Below, in pieces: positions 24,790-38,818 of a stretch of DNA of 64,000 nt. The notes under the pieces were generated by a model. It did not search any database, was not told the DNA's origin, and worked only from the letters and a program-made list of their open reading frames with translations. The DNA is from Antedon mediterranea. Taxonomy: Eukaryota; Animalia; Echinodermata. The stretch spans positions 14,703,045-14,767,044 of the forward strand of contig NC_092680.1 in the NCBI RefSeq assembly GCF_964355755.1. Direction: 5' to 3'. The number at the start of each line of letters is the position of its first letter. Positions within the stretch are counted from its first letter, which is position 1. The position numbers and the translations under genes were made by a program.

Positions 24790-25302
24790 TGACGGGAGGT
24801 GAAGGGCGCCCCCCGTGGATTTGAGATGTTGTGTGCGGATGAGGAGAACGCACGAGAGGAGAGATGAACACGACGAATAGAGTTGAATGGACATTTCCGA
24901 GTAATGATGTTTATATTACTTGTTAGTTAATAATTTGATGTTTAAGAGGTAGGCCTATAATACGACGTTGGAAACAGAATTCGAGTGTGAAGATGTTTAC
25001 TGTAGTTTGAACTTACATGGATTGTAAAGGATTTCATAGATTTAGAGTAGATTACTATACGAAAAGTTTGTTAATTTGTATTCAATGTTATCAACGGATC
25101 AAGATCGTTGAAGCTTGCCATGGTTGAAGTGTTACTGATATTGGAATTGTTTTAGTTCAAGACAAAGAATTGTTGATACTGTTTTGTACTACTTATTAAA
25201 CTGTTGCAAAATTTTATACTTAATCGTATTCACTTTATTTGGATTCTTTACGATCTGAGGAGCTATACATATTGATAACTCCCACACCCCCACATTACGA
25301 CA
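24790..25302. mobile_element. Solo LTR
   Basis: taat|TG...CA|taat 4-bp TSD; interrupts the transposase frame. Confidence 0.7.
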
Positions 25303-27072
25303 TAATCCACAGCTGTTCCCCCTGGAAGTTCATCCACTGCAATTACTTAGCAAACACATTGATGGCTCCATCTCGCACATTGCAAATATTTTCAGCCAAA
25401 TAAAAAATGTGGATGCAAAAGAAACACGACAGAAAATAAATGGAAATATTGCTAATACAATGACAGACCGAGCAGTTGTTAATCATGCCACCATAGCCAG
25501 CCTAAATGAAGTTTGGAATAAGGATTTGAATGAGTTGAACTGCCATTTACATCCTCTGGATTCGATTTCAACTTCGTGCAAGAAATCTTTAAAACAAATT
25601 GAAGACAAACATAATGTAACAGGTAATAAGAGAAATTTTTTATTGTTGTATCCGTCATAACAAAGGCTAACTTAAACTTGAGTTAGATTTTATTTTGTTT
25701 ACAAAATATTAGTTTAATTAAATGTTTTCCTTGTTTACATTGCAGGGAAGCGATTTACGATTCAGACTGTTCTGCTGGTCAGTTGGTTGGTTGGTGACCC
25801 AAAGACATTTAAAGCAGAACTAGTGGGGGCTGGACTACCAAAGGGATATTTGCCAAGGTATCGTGGGAACAGGTTGCATGTTCTTTTTGTAATATGTGGT
25901 AAACTTGTTGAGCAACAGCGGTTTTTTAATGGCCTTTTCCACAACACCAACCTTTCCAGCGACAAACTTCGCAGAGCAGTTGCTAGTGATTTTTCTATGA
26001 CTCACTCCAAGGTTGAATTACAAGTTTTAGGACTTATTGGAAAACTACTGACTGGTCCGTGGATGTCAATGTTTTATGTTAACTCCCTTAGCAACATCTG
26101 GAGGCCTTTCAAGTGGTAAAGAAGTTAGTTGTTAATTTAGAACACATCATTTTACACCCTGAAGAAACGATAAAAACAACAAAAAACTTCTTCCAGAATG
26201 ACCTATCACCCGTTGATGCAACAACGAAATCTTTAGAAATAGTACCAGAAGATATGACATTGTTTGAAGAGATGATGTCGTCGTGTTTATCTGATACCAG
26301 AGATGTTCTTCTTCGACAGTATAATCGATATTTTGAAATGAACGTAACTAGGCAACTGGAATCAGAAACCAGATGTGCTCGTCTACATAACATTGATGCC
26401 GAGCAGATAATGGGCATGTTTTCTGCCATTCAAATTGCAAAAAAAAAATGCGAATATTGATTACATTTCCTGTGGAATTTGTTCCAGAAAAAATCAGGTG
26501 GTTGAATATTTAAATGATATGCCAGTAGAGCAAAGGAACTCACTCATCAATTCCGCAAGACCACTTGCAAAACAACAACGAATCATAAAAAAACAAGACA
26601 ACAAAAATATTGAGGAAGAGATCATGCAAAGGATTGCAACAAAAAAACAAAAGCGAGATGAATCCACAAGGAAAAAACTTGAGAAAGATTTGATGAACAA
26701 TGTTGTCGCTACCAATACTTTTCCGGAACATCAAGTAGAATTGGACAAGATTTTAGAGGGAAAACTTGTACCTGGTTGCACGAAAACGAAAAAAGCCAAA
26801 ATATACAATTGCCTACTGGCAGGATGGACAGACATGAGGATGATGGAGAGGACTTTGACATGTCTGTTTATGAACTAGCTGTTGACCTTAAAACTGGGGA
26901 CTTTAATATTCAGTTAGTTTCATCTCCCTTAACGGACACATTCCATTTGTTAATTTATTCACACACAATAATATGTATATTGTGTATAAATATGGGTATG
27001 AAGCGTCTCACATACACACAGAGCCAAGATATAAGGAGTTTTGACTTGCACAGTGTATGGACGCTAACCTTA

Positions 27073-30000
27073 TAGTAGAGCAGTTAATGACATGAGCTGT
27101 GCATTTTATTACCAAAGCATGAAACTTGGCACAAAGTTTCTTTGATGTATATAGATTCAAAATATCGGGGGGTGCCAAGTGTCCAACGTCTGGTATGGCG
27201 GCCATCTTGATTTCAAAATGGCCACCATAAAATCAAAAAATGTTCATATCTTGGCAACTATACACATTAGAGACTTAATTCTGGTCTCAAATTGTTCACA
27301 AATTATATATTTCTATTTGCTCTAATGAAAAGTTTCGTCCAAAAATGACCGGAAATGACGTTTCTTACAGTTTGACCTTTGACCTCGTATTTGTATATCT
27401 CTGTAACTACTGGTCATTATTAATCGATTTTGGTGTCATTTTGTTCAGAATAAATACATTTATATTTGTAGTAATGGAACATTTTCACATAAAATGACCG
27501 AAAATACAATTTATGACCTTTGACATTATTTATTGATTTTTAATTATGTGAATATACTGTATGTGGTTTTTGTTGGTCTTAAATGCACCTCATTTTGAAC
27601 TTTTACCTAATAGGCGTAATTATATTAAATGATTAATGGACTTAAATTGTATATAGTACATAAAATTGGTAAACATTGTGCTTGGTGGTACCATTAGTAC
27701 GATGTTGGCACCTTCTGATTCGCTGAAAGTTTTAATAGTTTGACAGAGGAAATAACATACATGTTATGGAATACCGTAAAACCTCAAAAAGGTGATAGTA
27801 TGAGCTTCTTTTCGAGATAGACTGTATTTGAATGTCAAATAATTAGTATGATGATCGTGTTTATATCAATATATTATTAATGACCTTACAAAGAACCCTT
27901 TATATTTCAACAATTAAGCCTCAGTTTTTCTACAATTTATTGTTTTCCAAGTGGTAGGCCTATTTTGATTGCATCTTCTTTTTGTATGCTTCCTGGGTTA
28001 ATATGGTCCTAACCCTCCTTCTTTGTCTGTAGATGGTCTTACACCCCTTTCTTTATCTGTGGATGGTCTTATACCCCCTTCTGTGCCTGTGGATGGTCCT
28101 ATACCCCTTTCTTTGTCTGTTGATGGTATTACACCCCTTTCTTTGTCTGTTGATGGTATTAAACCCCTTTCTTTGTGTGTGGATGGTCTTACACCCCCTT
28201 TCTTTATCTGTGGATGGTCTTATACCCCCTTCTGTGTCTGTGGATGGTCGTATACCCCCTTCTTTGTCTGTTGATGGTATTACACCCCTTTCTTTGTGTG
28301 TGGATGGTCTTATACCCCCTTCTGTGTCTGTGGATGGTCTTATACCCCTTCTTTGTCTGTTGATGGTATTACACCCCTTTCTTTGTGTGTGGATGGTCTT
28401 ATACCCCCTTCTGTGTCTGTGGATGGTCTTATACCCCCTTCTGTGTCTGTTGATGGTATTAAACCCCTTTCTTTGTCTGTAGATGGTCTTACACCCCTTT
28501 CTTTGTCTGTAAGATGGTTTTTTCCCCTTCTTTGTCTGTGGATGGTCATACATCCCCTTCTTTGTCTGTTGATGGTCCTACACCCCTTCTTTGTCTGTTG
28601 GTGGTCTTATAATCCCTTCTTTGTCTGTTGGTGGTCTTATAATCCCTTCTTTGTGTGTGGATGGTCTTGCACCCCTTCTTTGTCTGTGGGTGGTCTTACA
28701 TCCCCTTCTTTGTTTGTAGATGGTCTTACACCCTTTTCTTTATCTGTTGATGGTATTAAACCCCTTTCTTTGTGTGTGGATGGTCTTATACCCCCTTCTT
28801 TGTCTGTTGATGGTATTACACCCCTTTCTTTGTCTGTTGATGGTATTAAACCCCTTTCTTTGTGTGTGGACGGTCTTACACCCCTTTCTTTGTCTGTAGA
28901 TGGTCTTACACCCCTTCTTTGTCTGTGGATGGTCCTACACCCCCTTGTTTGTCTGTCGATGGTCCTACACCCTCTTCTTTGTCTGTTGGTGGTCTTATAT
29001 CCCCTTCTTTGTTTGTAGATGGTCCGACACCCCTTTTTTGTCTGTGGATGGTCCTACACCCCCTTCTTTGTCTGTGAATGGTCTTACACCCCTTCTTTGT
29101 CTGTGGATGGTCTTATACCCCCTTCTTTGTCTGTGGATGATCTTATACCTCCTTCTTTGTTTGTGGATGGTCTTACCTCTCCTTCTTTGTCTGTGGATGG
29201 TCCGACACCCCCTTCTTTGTCTGTGAATGGTCCTACACCCCTTCTTTGTCTGTGGATGGTCTTATACCCCCTTCTTTGTCTGTAAGTAGTCCTATACCCC
29301 TTTCTTTGTCAGTGGATGGTCTTACACCCCCTTCTTTGTCTGTGGACGGTCCTACACCCCCTTCTTTGTCTGTGGACGGTCCTACACCCCCTTCTTTGTC
29401 TGTGGACGGTCCTACACCCCCTTCTTTGTCTGTAGAGGGCCTTACACCCCTTTCTTTGTCTGTGGATGGTCTTATACCCCCTTCTTTGTCTGTGGATGGT
29501 CTTATACCCCCTTCTTTGTGTGTGGATGGTCTTACACCCCCTTCTTTGTCTGTGGATGGTCTTACCCCTTCTTTGTCTGTGGATGGTCTTATATCCCCTT
29601 CTTTGTCTGTGGATGGTCTTTTACCCCCTTCTTTGTCTGGACCCACTACTTTGATTGATTAAATCAGACATTGTTTCTTGTATGATTAGGAGACCTTCAA
29701 AGTGAAAGTCCACAGGTGGATGCCTAAAAAGGTCTTGTACAGAACAGTATATTATAGGTCCATGTCACTAATTTAAGGATTACTTGAATAATTATATTGA
29801 GATGTCTTTTACGAATTGATTTTGTTCGGATTTTGCTAAAAAAATCAATGGCTAGAGAAAATCGAGGAAAATGATTCAGATGAAAGGTTTACAGCAAACG
29901 CCCATTACCATAAAAATGGAGTACATTTTTTTAGATGCAACGAAAATGAACAAGAATTATATGAGTTTCTGACTAATGAAAGTAGGTCTACTGCACAAAT

Positions 30001-30868
30001 GCAGGATAAGTTTGTAGTAAGTACTTTGAAAGACGGTGTTCTCTTCTCTTAACTCATGCAACATCAAAGAGGCCAACGAAAGAATGCTACTTTACATCAA
30101 AAATTTTTCCAAATGGCATCTAACAATTCAATTCAACATATGGTATAATACATTACAAAATAAAAGAAAAGATGAAGGAGAGAGGACCAAAACTTTTATC
30201 TAACGATTGACACATCACAGTTAAGCAAACAAGTCGGCATAAATGATCGCTCAGTGATCTGTCATACTTTATGCCTATCCTATCACATCAAAAGTAAAAA
30301 ATTCAGAATAATAATTCCTGGTCATTTTTGCGTTAAGTGTCATTTATTTCGGTAAAAAAATTAGGTGCATTTATACCAATGTAAACCACATACAGTATGT
30401 TCACATAATTATATATGTCAAAGGTTATAAATTGTATTTCCAGTCATTTTATGTGAAAATGTTTCATTACTACAAATATAAATGTCTCTATTCTGAACAA
30501 AATGACACCAAAATCGATTGAAAATGATCAGTAGTTACTGAGATATACAGATAAGAGGTCAAAGGTCAAACTGGAAGAAACGTCATTTCCGGACGAAACT
30601 TTTCATTAGAGCAAATAGAAATATGTGGTTTGTGAACAATTTAACACCAGAATCAAGTCTCTAATGTTTATAGTTGCCAAGATATGAACACTTTTTGTTT
30701 TTATGGTGGCCATTTTGAAATCAAGATGGCCACCATACCGGGCGTTGGACACTTGGCACCCCCCGATATTTTGAATCTATATACATCAAAGAAACTTTGT
30801 GGAAAGTTTCATGCTTTGGTAATAAAATGCACAACTTGGCTATTTTTATGGCGTTAACTGCTCTACTA
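27073..30868. mobile_element. Non-autonomous Academ-type DNA transposon with ~500-bp TIRs
   Basis: tta|tagtagagcagttaa ... ttaactgctctacta|tta (TAG..CTA ends, 3-bp TSD); internal relic SCNIKEANERMLLY (~30055-30100) resembles the Academ CxHEEADTRMLLH motif. Confidence 0.85.
28005..29640. repeat. 30-bp minisatellite (cccttctttgtctgtggatggtcttacacc), over 50 units
   Basis: Direct inspection; frequent 1-nt indels shift frames, so it is not coding. Confidence 0.97.
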
Positions 30869-31089
30869 TTACGGTTCTCATTTATTTGATCATTTCATGC
30901 TATCACTCTAAATATCTTTTTTCAATCTTTTTGCATTCAACTATATTTATTTCATACAATATTTTTCTTGGTGAAAAGGGAGGAACACATAATTTCTCAT
31001 ATTTTAATCTCATTTGGCAATATTTTTATAATCTATACAGTATACTAATAGTCAATAGATAACTTAGACCATATCTGACTGATCTCCCT

Positions 31090-31737
31090 TCATACATTCA
31101 GGACTCCACGGACTTTATCCGCAAAATTAACCAAATTCAAAATGTCTTCTAACTCAACGCGAAGTACATACAATTGCTTATAGAGTTTTGGGCTGGTTTT
31201 AAATGTTCCATCCATAAACCAGGTTGTTGAATTGCAATTGACGCAAGCCATCTGAAGTTGCAAAAACTGTGACACGGTCATTATTACCAATCATAGCATC
31301 AACAGTTTTCATCCATTCACCATCAATTATTAGGTCTTTCAGCGATTGTGGCTGACCAGGGTGACTTTTACTTCTTTTGATTCTGATGTTTCTTTTTAGA
31401 CTTTCTGCACAAGTCATAGTAACACGAACATTGAGTGGTTGTTTGGCCATCTCATCAATGACTATCTGAGCTGGAGTTGCTCCAGAAGTTGTAGCTTTAT
31501 CCATAATATTATGTCTTACTTTCTCTGCATGAGCTTTCATGATGTTAACTGCATGATTGTGTTCCGATACATACTGCACTTCGGCCATATCGATGTCCGT
31601 AGTACACCTTTGCAAGCAAACTTTCTACGTGAAGAACACTCCCAAATTATCGAACTTCTGTTAGACTTACGTTTAGTATAAAGATAACCATCATAGCATA
31701 ATTTGCGACCTCCCTTATTATTTGTAATGAACTCCAT
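31090..31737 (-). pseudogene. MULE (Mutator) transposase N-terminal half with FLYWCH domain, frameshifted
   Basis: MEFITNNKGGRKLCYDGYLY..WECS..RKFACK, HNH, WFMDGTFKTSPKLYKQLY. Confidence 0.9.
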
Positions 31738-32479
31738 TTTGAAATGATTTGTATTTTGACAACGTGCCTTATTTAAACATAGCATATAAATAGGGTAAAA
31801 TTTATTATGAATCTAAGTAGGAAGTGTTTGATGTTTTGGCAGTGGCATTTGGAAGAGGTAACATGAAAAGTGTAGGCATCTCTTTGATTAGCTTTTATAT
31901 TGTTTCTAAATAACACCTACACCCAAACTGCTATTCATAATAACACAATTGAATAAAAATTGATTGTCCAGCACTCCCACTTTACAATGGTCAAGTCCAT
32001 TGTTGGGTGGCTTTTTACAGGGGTGGCTTTTCTCCGATTTACCATTGTGCCCGAAAGCTCTGCTAACTTTTCTGGCTGTTTGCTTTTTTTTTTTGTATCT
32101 CCATTGAGATCCAGGCACACGGATACCCACAGCATTGTCATTTTTTTCAGTAATTTGCCTTTGGATTTATATAATATATTTTATTTTTATACTAATGTAT
32201 GTGTTTTATTTAACTGTAATGTAATATTTTTGTCTTGTTTTAATGCTGGAATTGGCTATGTTTATTTAGTTGGATATTTGTTATCTATTGTATATTTTAA
32301 TATAAGGCATCCTGTCATTGGCGTTTTCGCTGTTGGGTGTATGTGAAATAAAATTAAAATAAAATAAAAGTCAGATTAAAATAAATTAATAGTGCATTGG
32401 CTATAATATGAAAGAAATAAATGTAATGGTTTATCACTCAAGAATAGAGAATAAAAATCTCCAATCCTCTATCTTCAGG

Positions 32480-35400
32480 TCTATGTCAGTGGACCAGAGA
32501 GAGAGATAATCAAAGGGGCATTACATGGAAGCAGTAGAGGACCCAGGTTAGGGAAGGGATTTTTAGAGCTGTCCCTAAAAATTTGGACGAGGCTGTTTTA
32601 GCAGCATTGAACGTGCAAGGTTTTAAACAATTGGAAAAACAACGGGAGGCTTTAAACATGTACGTGCTGCACGAGAAGATGACTGCACCATGTGCCTGAA
32701 TAACATAGAACGAACGTTGTCCCAATTGATGATTAAATTAAATAATTCACCACCCCCCAAAGAACAAAGAATGTGAGAGATAGCAACAGAGAACTAGGTT
32801 ATTGTTTTAATTGCGGGCAACCAGGCCACTTTGCACAAGAATGTAATATGCAACTACACCCATCGGGAAACGACCGTCAGCCAACCCCAAGACCCGGGGG
32901 AAGGCTGCAAGTGAGAGGGGGTCGCCAGTAGAATCCGGATGGAATGAAATGAACCAGATAGGTCTACCTGTATACAATCCTGTATATAACCCGAAGGACG
33001 GGCTTTATACCGGCTGTAGTAGCCGGTACGAGTGCAACTTTACTTATAGATACCGGGGCTACCTCATTATTTTACCAGATCAATACCGATAAAAGGCCTA
33101 AGTTAGAGAACATTAGGGCAGAATTGCACCAGGCAGATGGGAAGCCCCTTATGACGATCGGTAGTGCTAGGGTACCAGTGAAAGTAGGTAATACAGTTTC
33201 TTCAATGACAGTCATATTTGCTGATTTAAAAGTGACGGGACTCCTGGGTATGGATTTCCTGTTAAATACCGGCGGAATCCTGAACGTAGAGACCATAGAA
33301 TTGTGTATAGGGAGTGAACGAATTAAATGTTTAACGGCAGACGGGAACGATTTTTATGCACCAGTGACAGTACGAGAAACGGTGGAAATACCGTCCGGAA
33401 CTGAATATTTGATCCAGGGGTATGCAAGTAGAACCTGTGAAAGAAATGGGCTGGGTTGAACCATATGATAATTATCGATTGCAGAATAATGGGCTATGTT
33501 TAGCTCGGACGCTTGTTGCATTGAGGGAACAATTGTTTCCGTTACATGTTTTAAATCCCAGCCCAAATAAGAAAGTGTTAATGGCTGGAACCAAGGTCGG
33601 TGTTTTGACTCCTGTTGGTAGTTTCAATAAAAGTGTAAATAAAGAAATTAGATTACCAGAGTTTTTGAACGATTTGTTCGAACGAAGTGCTACCGGAGTT
33701 GAACCTGCATTTCATTTTAGAATACGTGATTTACTTATAGAATTTCAAGATGTCTTTGTATCCAGTGATAAAGACTTAGGTAAAACCGGTCTCGTGAAAC
33801 ATTCAATTGATACCAGTAATGCACGCCCAATACGGGAACCTCCCCGGAGACAACCTGTTAAGTACCAGGAAGAAATAAAGAACCAGATCACTGACTTATT
33901 AGAAAGAGGGGTTATTGAGCCTAATGAGAGTCCTTGGGCATCGAACGTGGTACTAGTTTCTAAGAAGGACGGGACAAAAAGATTCTGCGTCGACTACAGA
34001 TGATTGAACGATATAACCATTAAGGATGCGTACCCGATACCCAGAATTGATGACTCACTTGATGCCCTTGCCGGGGCGCAGTGGTTTTCTACATTGGACC
34101 TGGCGTCCGGTTACTGGCAGGTTGAAATGGACGAAGAGGCCCAGAAAAAGTCAGCATTTGTTGTACGTGGATGGAGGCGTATCCCCTTCCGAACCAGTCT
34201 GCCGAAACTGTGGCTAAGTGCTTTGTGGAAAGGTTTGTGCTAAGGGATACCGCAACAGTTACACTCCGACCAGGGACAAAATTTCGAGTCAACAATTATT
34301 AAAGAAATGTGTATGTTATTAGGCATACACAAAACCAGGACTACCCCATACAACCCCAAATCGGACGGCCTTGTAGAACGATTTAACAGGACGTTAGTGA
34401 ATATAATTGCAATAATGTTACAACCTCTAGAGGACCAGAAAACCTGGGACGAGTTCCTCCCTTATGCTACGTTTGCATACAGAACCACCCCTCCAATAAT
34501 CCACAGGGGAAACACCACAGCTGATGATGTTCGGACGAGAGGCAACGGTACCCGTGGACATGATATCTCCAATAAATCAAATTCCTGAGGAGGATTTTGA
34601 GTCTCGTACGAAACATTGGATGGAATTGGCCAGAGAACGAGCCGAAATGGTTTTAAAAAGAAGTACGAGAAGACATAAAAAGTTGTACGATCATCGATCC
34701 GGTGGTAGGACGTTGGAGGAAGGAATGTTCGTTCTGATGTACGATAAAACAAAACGTAAAGGGGTATCTCCAAAGTTGGAAAGCCTATGGCGTGGGCCCT
34801 TCCGCATTGAAAAGAAATTGTCAGAAGTAACGTACCGGATACGCCTAGGACCTAGACCGAAATTCAGAATAGTACATTTTGACCTGTTAAAACGATACGA
34901 GGGTGAAGTTCCAGTCGAATGGGCGTCAATAATACGAGCTGAACCTCAATCGAACTTAAGTAATATTGTACCCAAACCGAACTTAAGTGATGATATACCA
35001 GTTGAAACTGAACCTTTCTCGTTTCCTGACGACCAGGAATCAGTGGTACGAGAAACTAGATACCCCCGCCGAGAACGATGCCGTCCTTGGCGATATAGGT
35101 AGATTTAATAAATACGTTTCTTGCTCTTTACAGATTCAGTATGCTTACTTGTGATCGCTGTGAGGAGCAATTCAGGACCGCCTCGCCGCTCAAACGACAC
35201 CGGCAGGAGAGGCACCCTAAGCGGTTTTTGTGGAGGAAAGTTCCACACAAAGGCGGACCAAGTACGACACGAAGAACGAAATCACCACCAGCATTGAAGG
35301 AATAAACCTGTATCTTGTCACCAACAACCGAAGCCGGCCGAGGTTGCCGAGTTTCCATCTATAATGGCAGAATTGCCGGTGTTGGATCTAGCTCCCTGAT

Positions 35401-36180
35401 GGACGAGATATTATTAGAGACTCAAAAACCCGTTCGAAAGGTAAGAAGAATATCCAAGGGAAAGCCGGCTCTTTTATCACCAGATGAACGAAGCGAATTG
35501 AGTTCGCAGGAAGAAAACGATACGAATAAAGTTACCGACCCCGTCCGACCTTCTACACGTACCCGTGCAAGCAACGCACTGCAGGACAACATCGCGTGCC
35601 AAGTGGTGAAAGTAGTGGAAACCAGCACTATTACTGTGATGCGGATTGGAGACGTACAACAAATTGAGGAAACCTCCCAAAGTATTTTTTAAATTAAGTA
35701 TAGGCATATTGTTAAACTTTAAACTAGTTAATCTTTATTTTACAAAGGCATAGTAGACCCTTTGTATAGAATTGTAAATTAATTGTATTCTTGATAATTT
35801 TTAGGCTAAGCCTACTTTCTTGTATTCTGATTCAGGGGACGAATCAGTCCGAGAGGAGGGTAATGTAACGGAATTTGGTATAGTCCAAATCATTTATTTC
35901 CTATTGCTATAATGTAGCAGGCCAAATAAGACCAAGTTCTGATTGGCCCCTGGATAAGTTGTTTACCAGAATTTAGCGCGTAGTTAAATTACACGCACAG
36001 TAAAATAGCCAAACAACTTATCCAGGGACCTACTAGGTCTCTGGCACTCTTCGTTTTGATTCCAAGTGAGTGGGACGTACGAGAAGCTCTTGGACCATCC
36101 ATCCCATAAATTGTATTTGTAATTGTGTCATATCATGTTTTTCTCTTTGTATACAATATTATGTGTTTAATATGAGTTAC
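32480..36180 (+). mobile_element. Gypsy element: gag end, protease, partial RT, integrase C-half, 3' accessory ORF, PPT and 3' LTR (from 35864)
   Basis: CFNCGQPGHFAQEC, LIDTGA, SPWASNVVLV..RFCVDYR, LDLASGYWQV, HSDQGQNFES, SDGLVERFNRTL, WRGPF; gagaggaggg PPT then tgtaac. Confidence 0.93.
35141..35692 (+). pseudogene. Gypsy-internal accessory ORF with two C2H2 zinc fingers (frameshifted)
   Basis: MLTCDRCEEQFRTASPLKRHRQERH, then in another frame CGGKFHTKADQVRHEERNH; preceded by an acceptor-like ttgctctttacag. Confidence 0.65.
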
Positions 36181-36188
36181 TTATATAG

Positions 36189-38818
36189 ATGGGAGAAGTA
36201 AGAATCGTCGACCAAGAACAGAAACGTCTTTGGACACTCCGTCTAACAGACAGCAACAAAAACGAAGTGGAACTTTCACTGTGGGGTGACCATACAGACA
36301 TTGAATTGGCTCTTGACCTAAGAATTGAGGTGACTGGTGTCATAATCACTCAATGGAAGCACACCAAACGAATAGAATCAACTCCAACCATGACGCTCAA
36401 AGTATGTACAAATGAAAAATATTACTTTATTTAAAACACATCATTTACTATACTTATATCTCTCTCTCTCTTAATTATTGTCAAGAACCATGCAAACATT
36501 GCAAAATACAGAAAAGCAAACATACATAATTTAGCACTAACCAAACAATCCTAAATATTTCAAATTTTAATTTACAAATTATTACAAACGTTTCCTAAAA
36601 TAGTATTGCTTGAATAATGTTGTATCATTTGTTATTCACATATTCATTAAATATTTTATCTAAATTTTGCCAAGTGTATTGTATCTCCAGGTTTATTTAC
36701 TTACAATATATTAAACCTTAAACAATAATGTTTCTATATATTAACACTTTGACTGCCAGAGGTTTTTCCAGTTAGAAACTGCCACCGCCAGCGTTTTTAG
36801 CCCAATTCGATGTTTTTATTAAAGCTGATTGAAACCATGTATGTGATCTGATTTATATGTAATTTAGACTAAAATAATCATAAAGAATTTAGCTTTACAA
36901 TGGTACCAAGAACGATTTTTAAATCGCAATATGTAAATCGTAATAGTAAAATGAAAGTAACCCACTTTTTGAATTTTTCGTAGTTTCGCGCAAGAAAGTC
37001 GAGATAATCGCGATTTTGTGCAAGACATCACAATATGAAAATATCGCCCGGTGAGATCAACAAACAACGAAAAAGTTACTAACACGGCACCGATAGGCCT
37101 ATAAAAACAAGTTATCACTATCGAAAAATGTATTACATTTTATAAATCATATATCTTACATCAATGTTTCGCCAAAATCCACATAGTAAAGACACCAGGC
37201 CTAGTTAACCAGGCCTAAAGTTGGTCCGGAACCGTTTTACGACTAGGGCTAGGCTAGCCTAGGCCTAGTACTACTAGCCTAGGCCTAGCTAGGAGATAGT
37301 AAACTGATGATAATAACCATACCATTTCAAAACAAGTTTGTTGCGTGAAACTCGGTAACTTTCAGTAAAACACCAAAATAATTAGGGTATACATACAATA
37401 ATAAAAGTAAAGACTTCATATTGAAAATGACTCAATTATTTTTTATTCAGATAACAAACAAACATGTCAATCCACAAAAACCTTTGTAATGCTTCGACGG
37501 CAGCATAGCTAGCGCGCGACCGATACACAATGCGCCAAGCCATCGCTCTACGCGCTACTGTGATGCGCGGTGTTTGTTATTTCGACAGGTACCATTTTGA
37601 CAGTCGTTCGTAACCAGATTAGTTACTTTCAAATTGTAAAATATTGACGGTCCAGACCGAATATAGTGTTCATATTTATAGTATATACCAATAATTAACC
37701 TATCTACCGGATTTCGTAAAAAAACGCGAAAAACGAAGATCTTCGTTTTTGGCAGTCAAGCGTTGTGTTTCCAAAAACGAAGATCTTCGTGTTTGGCAGT
37801 CAAAGTGTTAAACAAAACAATGTCAATTGTTAAATTGAAAATATCCAAACATACTGATGAAATTTCAAACAATCATAAATTTATAGAGTATACACTTTTT
37901 TTTTATCTAGTACTGTACATCAATGAAAAGACGGAGATATTTGGCCAACTGACTGCCAGTGATGAGTAAGTAATCATTTTCATTATCCTATATTGCAATT
38001 TTAACCAAAACAAATGCACACATTCATTTAAAATTTAAAAAAGTCCTGGTCAATTTCTACATTGAAACTGGCTGGCATTGGTATTGCTATATCACTATAG
38101 GGCTTACAAACCTTTCTAACTTCAGAATAACACCCCTTATTCACAATAGAAACATATAAAACATGTCAATATAATCTGCTCTATTACAATAATGTAATGT
38201 GTATGTGACATTTGTTTGACACTTAATGAATCAAATTATCACTCTGACAAAGTTTTTATCCATAAACCCCACACCTAATTTAACATAATTCCGACTAAAA
38301 CAGAATGCAATATTGCTAACATACATGACCAACCCAACCAACCAATTCAAGTCCTACAGAATTTTATTCTAACAAATCAAAAACATTTATAAACAATTGA
38401 AAATTATTACAAGTTCAAAATTTCCCATATATAACAACAACTGTTCCCTTCCAAAGCACTTTCACTATGAAATTGCTTGGGAACAACAATATTTAATATT
38501 TCCAAAAACAAAAATATTTTGATATTGTACAAACAAAACATTTATAACAAACAAAATCCAACAACTGCACAAAAAAGCAAAACATGTATTTACATAATTC
38601 AATTTACAGATAATATTACTAGACTAGAACGTCCATTTGATCTACTGATAAACAATGACGAAAATGAATATGTCGTAACAGTAGTTCAAGGATCAAGAAT
38701 TGAAGGAGACCTCCTCAACCTGCCAGTACCAGTCCACCTTCAAATTAACAGCAACGGTTCCCTGATGGAGTGTGTCTCCTTAACCACATACATAGAAGAC
38801 AACGAAACAGAAATTTGA
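36189..38818 (+). pseudogene. Spliced OB-fold (RPA-like) gene remnant A; exons 36189-36401, 37911-37965, ~38610-38818
   Basis: LRLTDSNKNEVELSLWG resembles the OB-fold LxDxS..V.LTLWG motif; AG/GT borders. The middle exon cannot be spliced fully in frame. Confidence 0.6.
36745..37807. mobile_element. piggyBac-like non-autonomous element
   Basis: ttaa|cactttgactgcca ... tggcagtcaaagtg|ttaa; right end duplicated (37730-37807). Confidence 0.88.

Larger units (their letters stand above)
24031..26910 (+). pseudogene. Degenerate, intron-containing DDE-like DNA-transposase gene (superfamily unassigned)
   Basis: LTLGFDATTQEGVHI(N)SIHVT, NTMTDRAVVN, LNCHLHPLD (CxxH), RYRGNRLHVLF, HNIDAEQIMGMFS; interrupted by a MITE and a solo LTR. 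Confidence 0.75.

Noticed and set aside
28023-29662. Many overlapping ORFs / CRISPR-like periodicity
   Set aside because: Pure tandem minisatellite with no unique spacers, frame-breaking indels and no cas genes; eukaryotic context.
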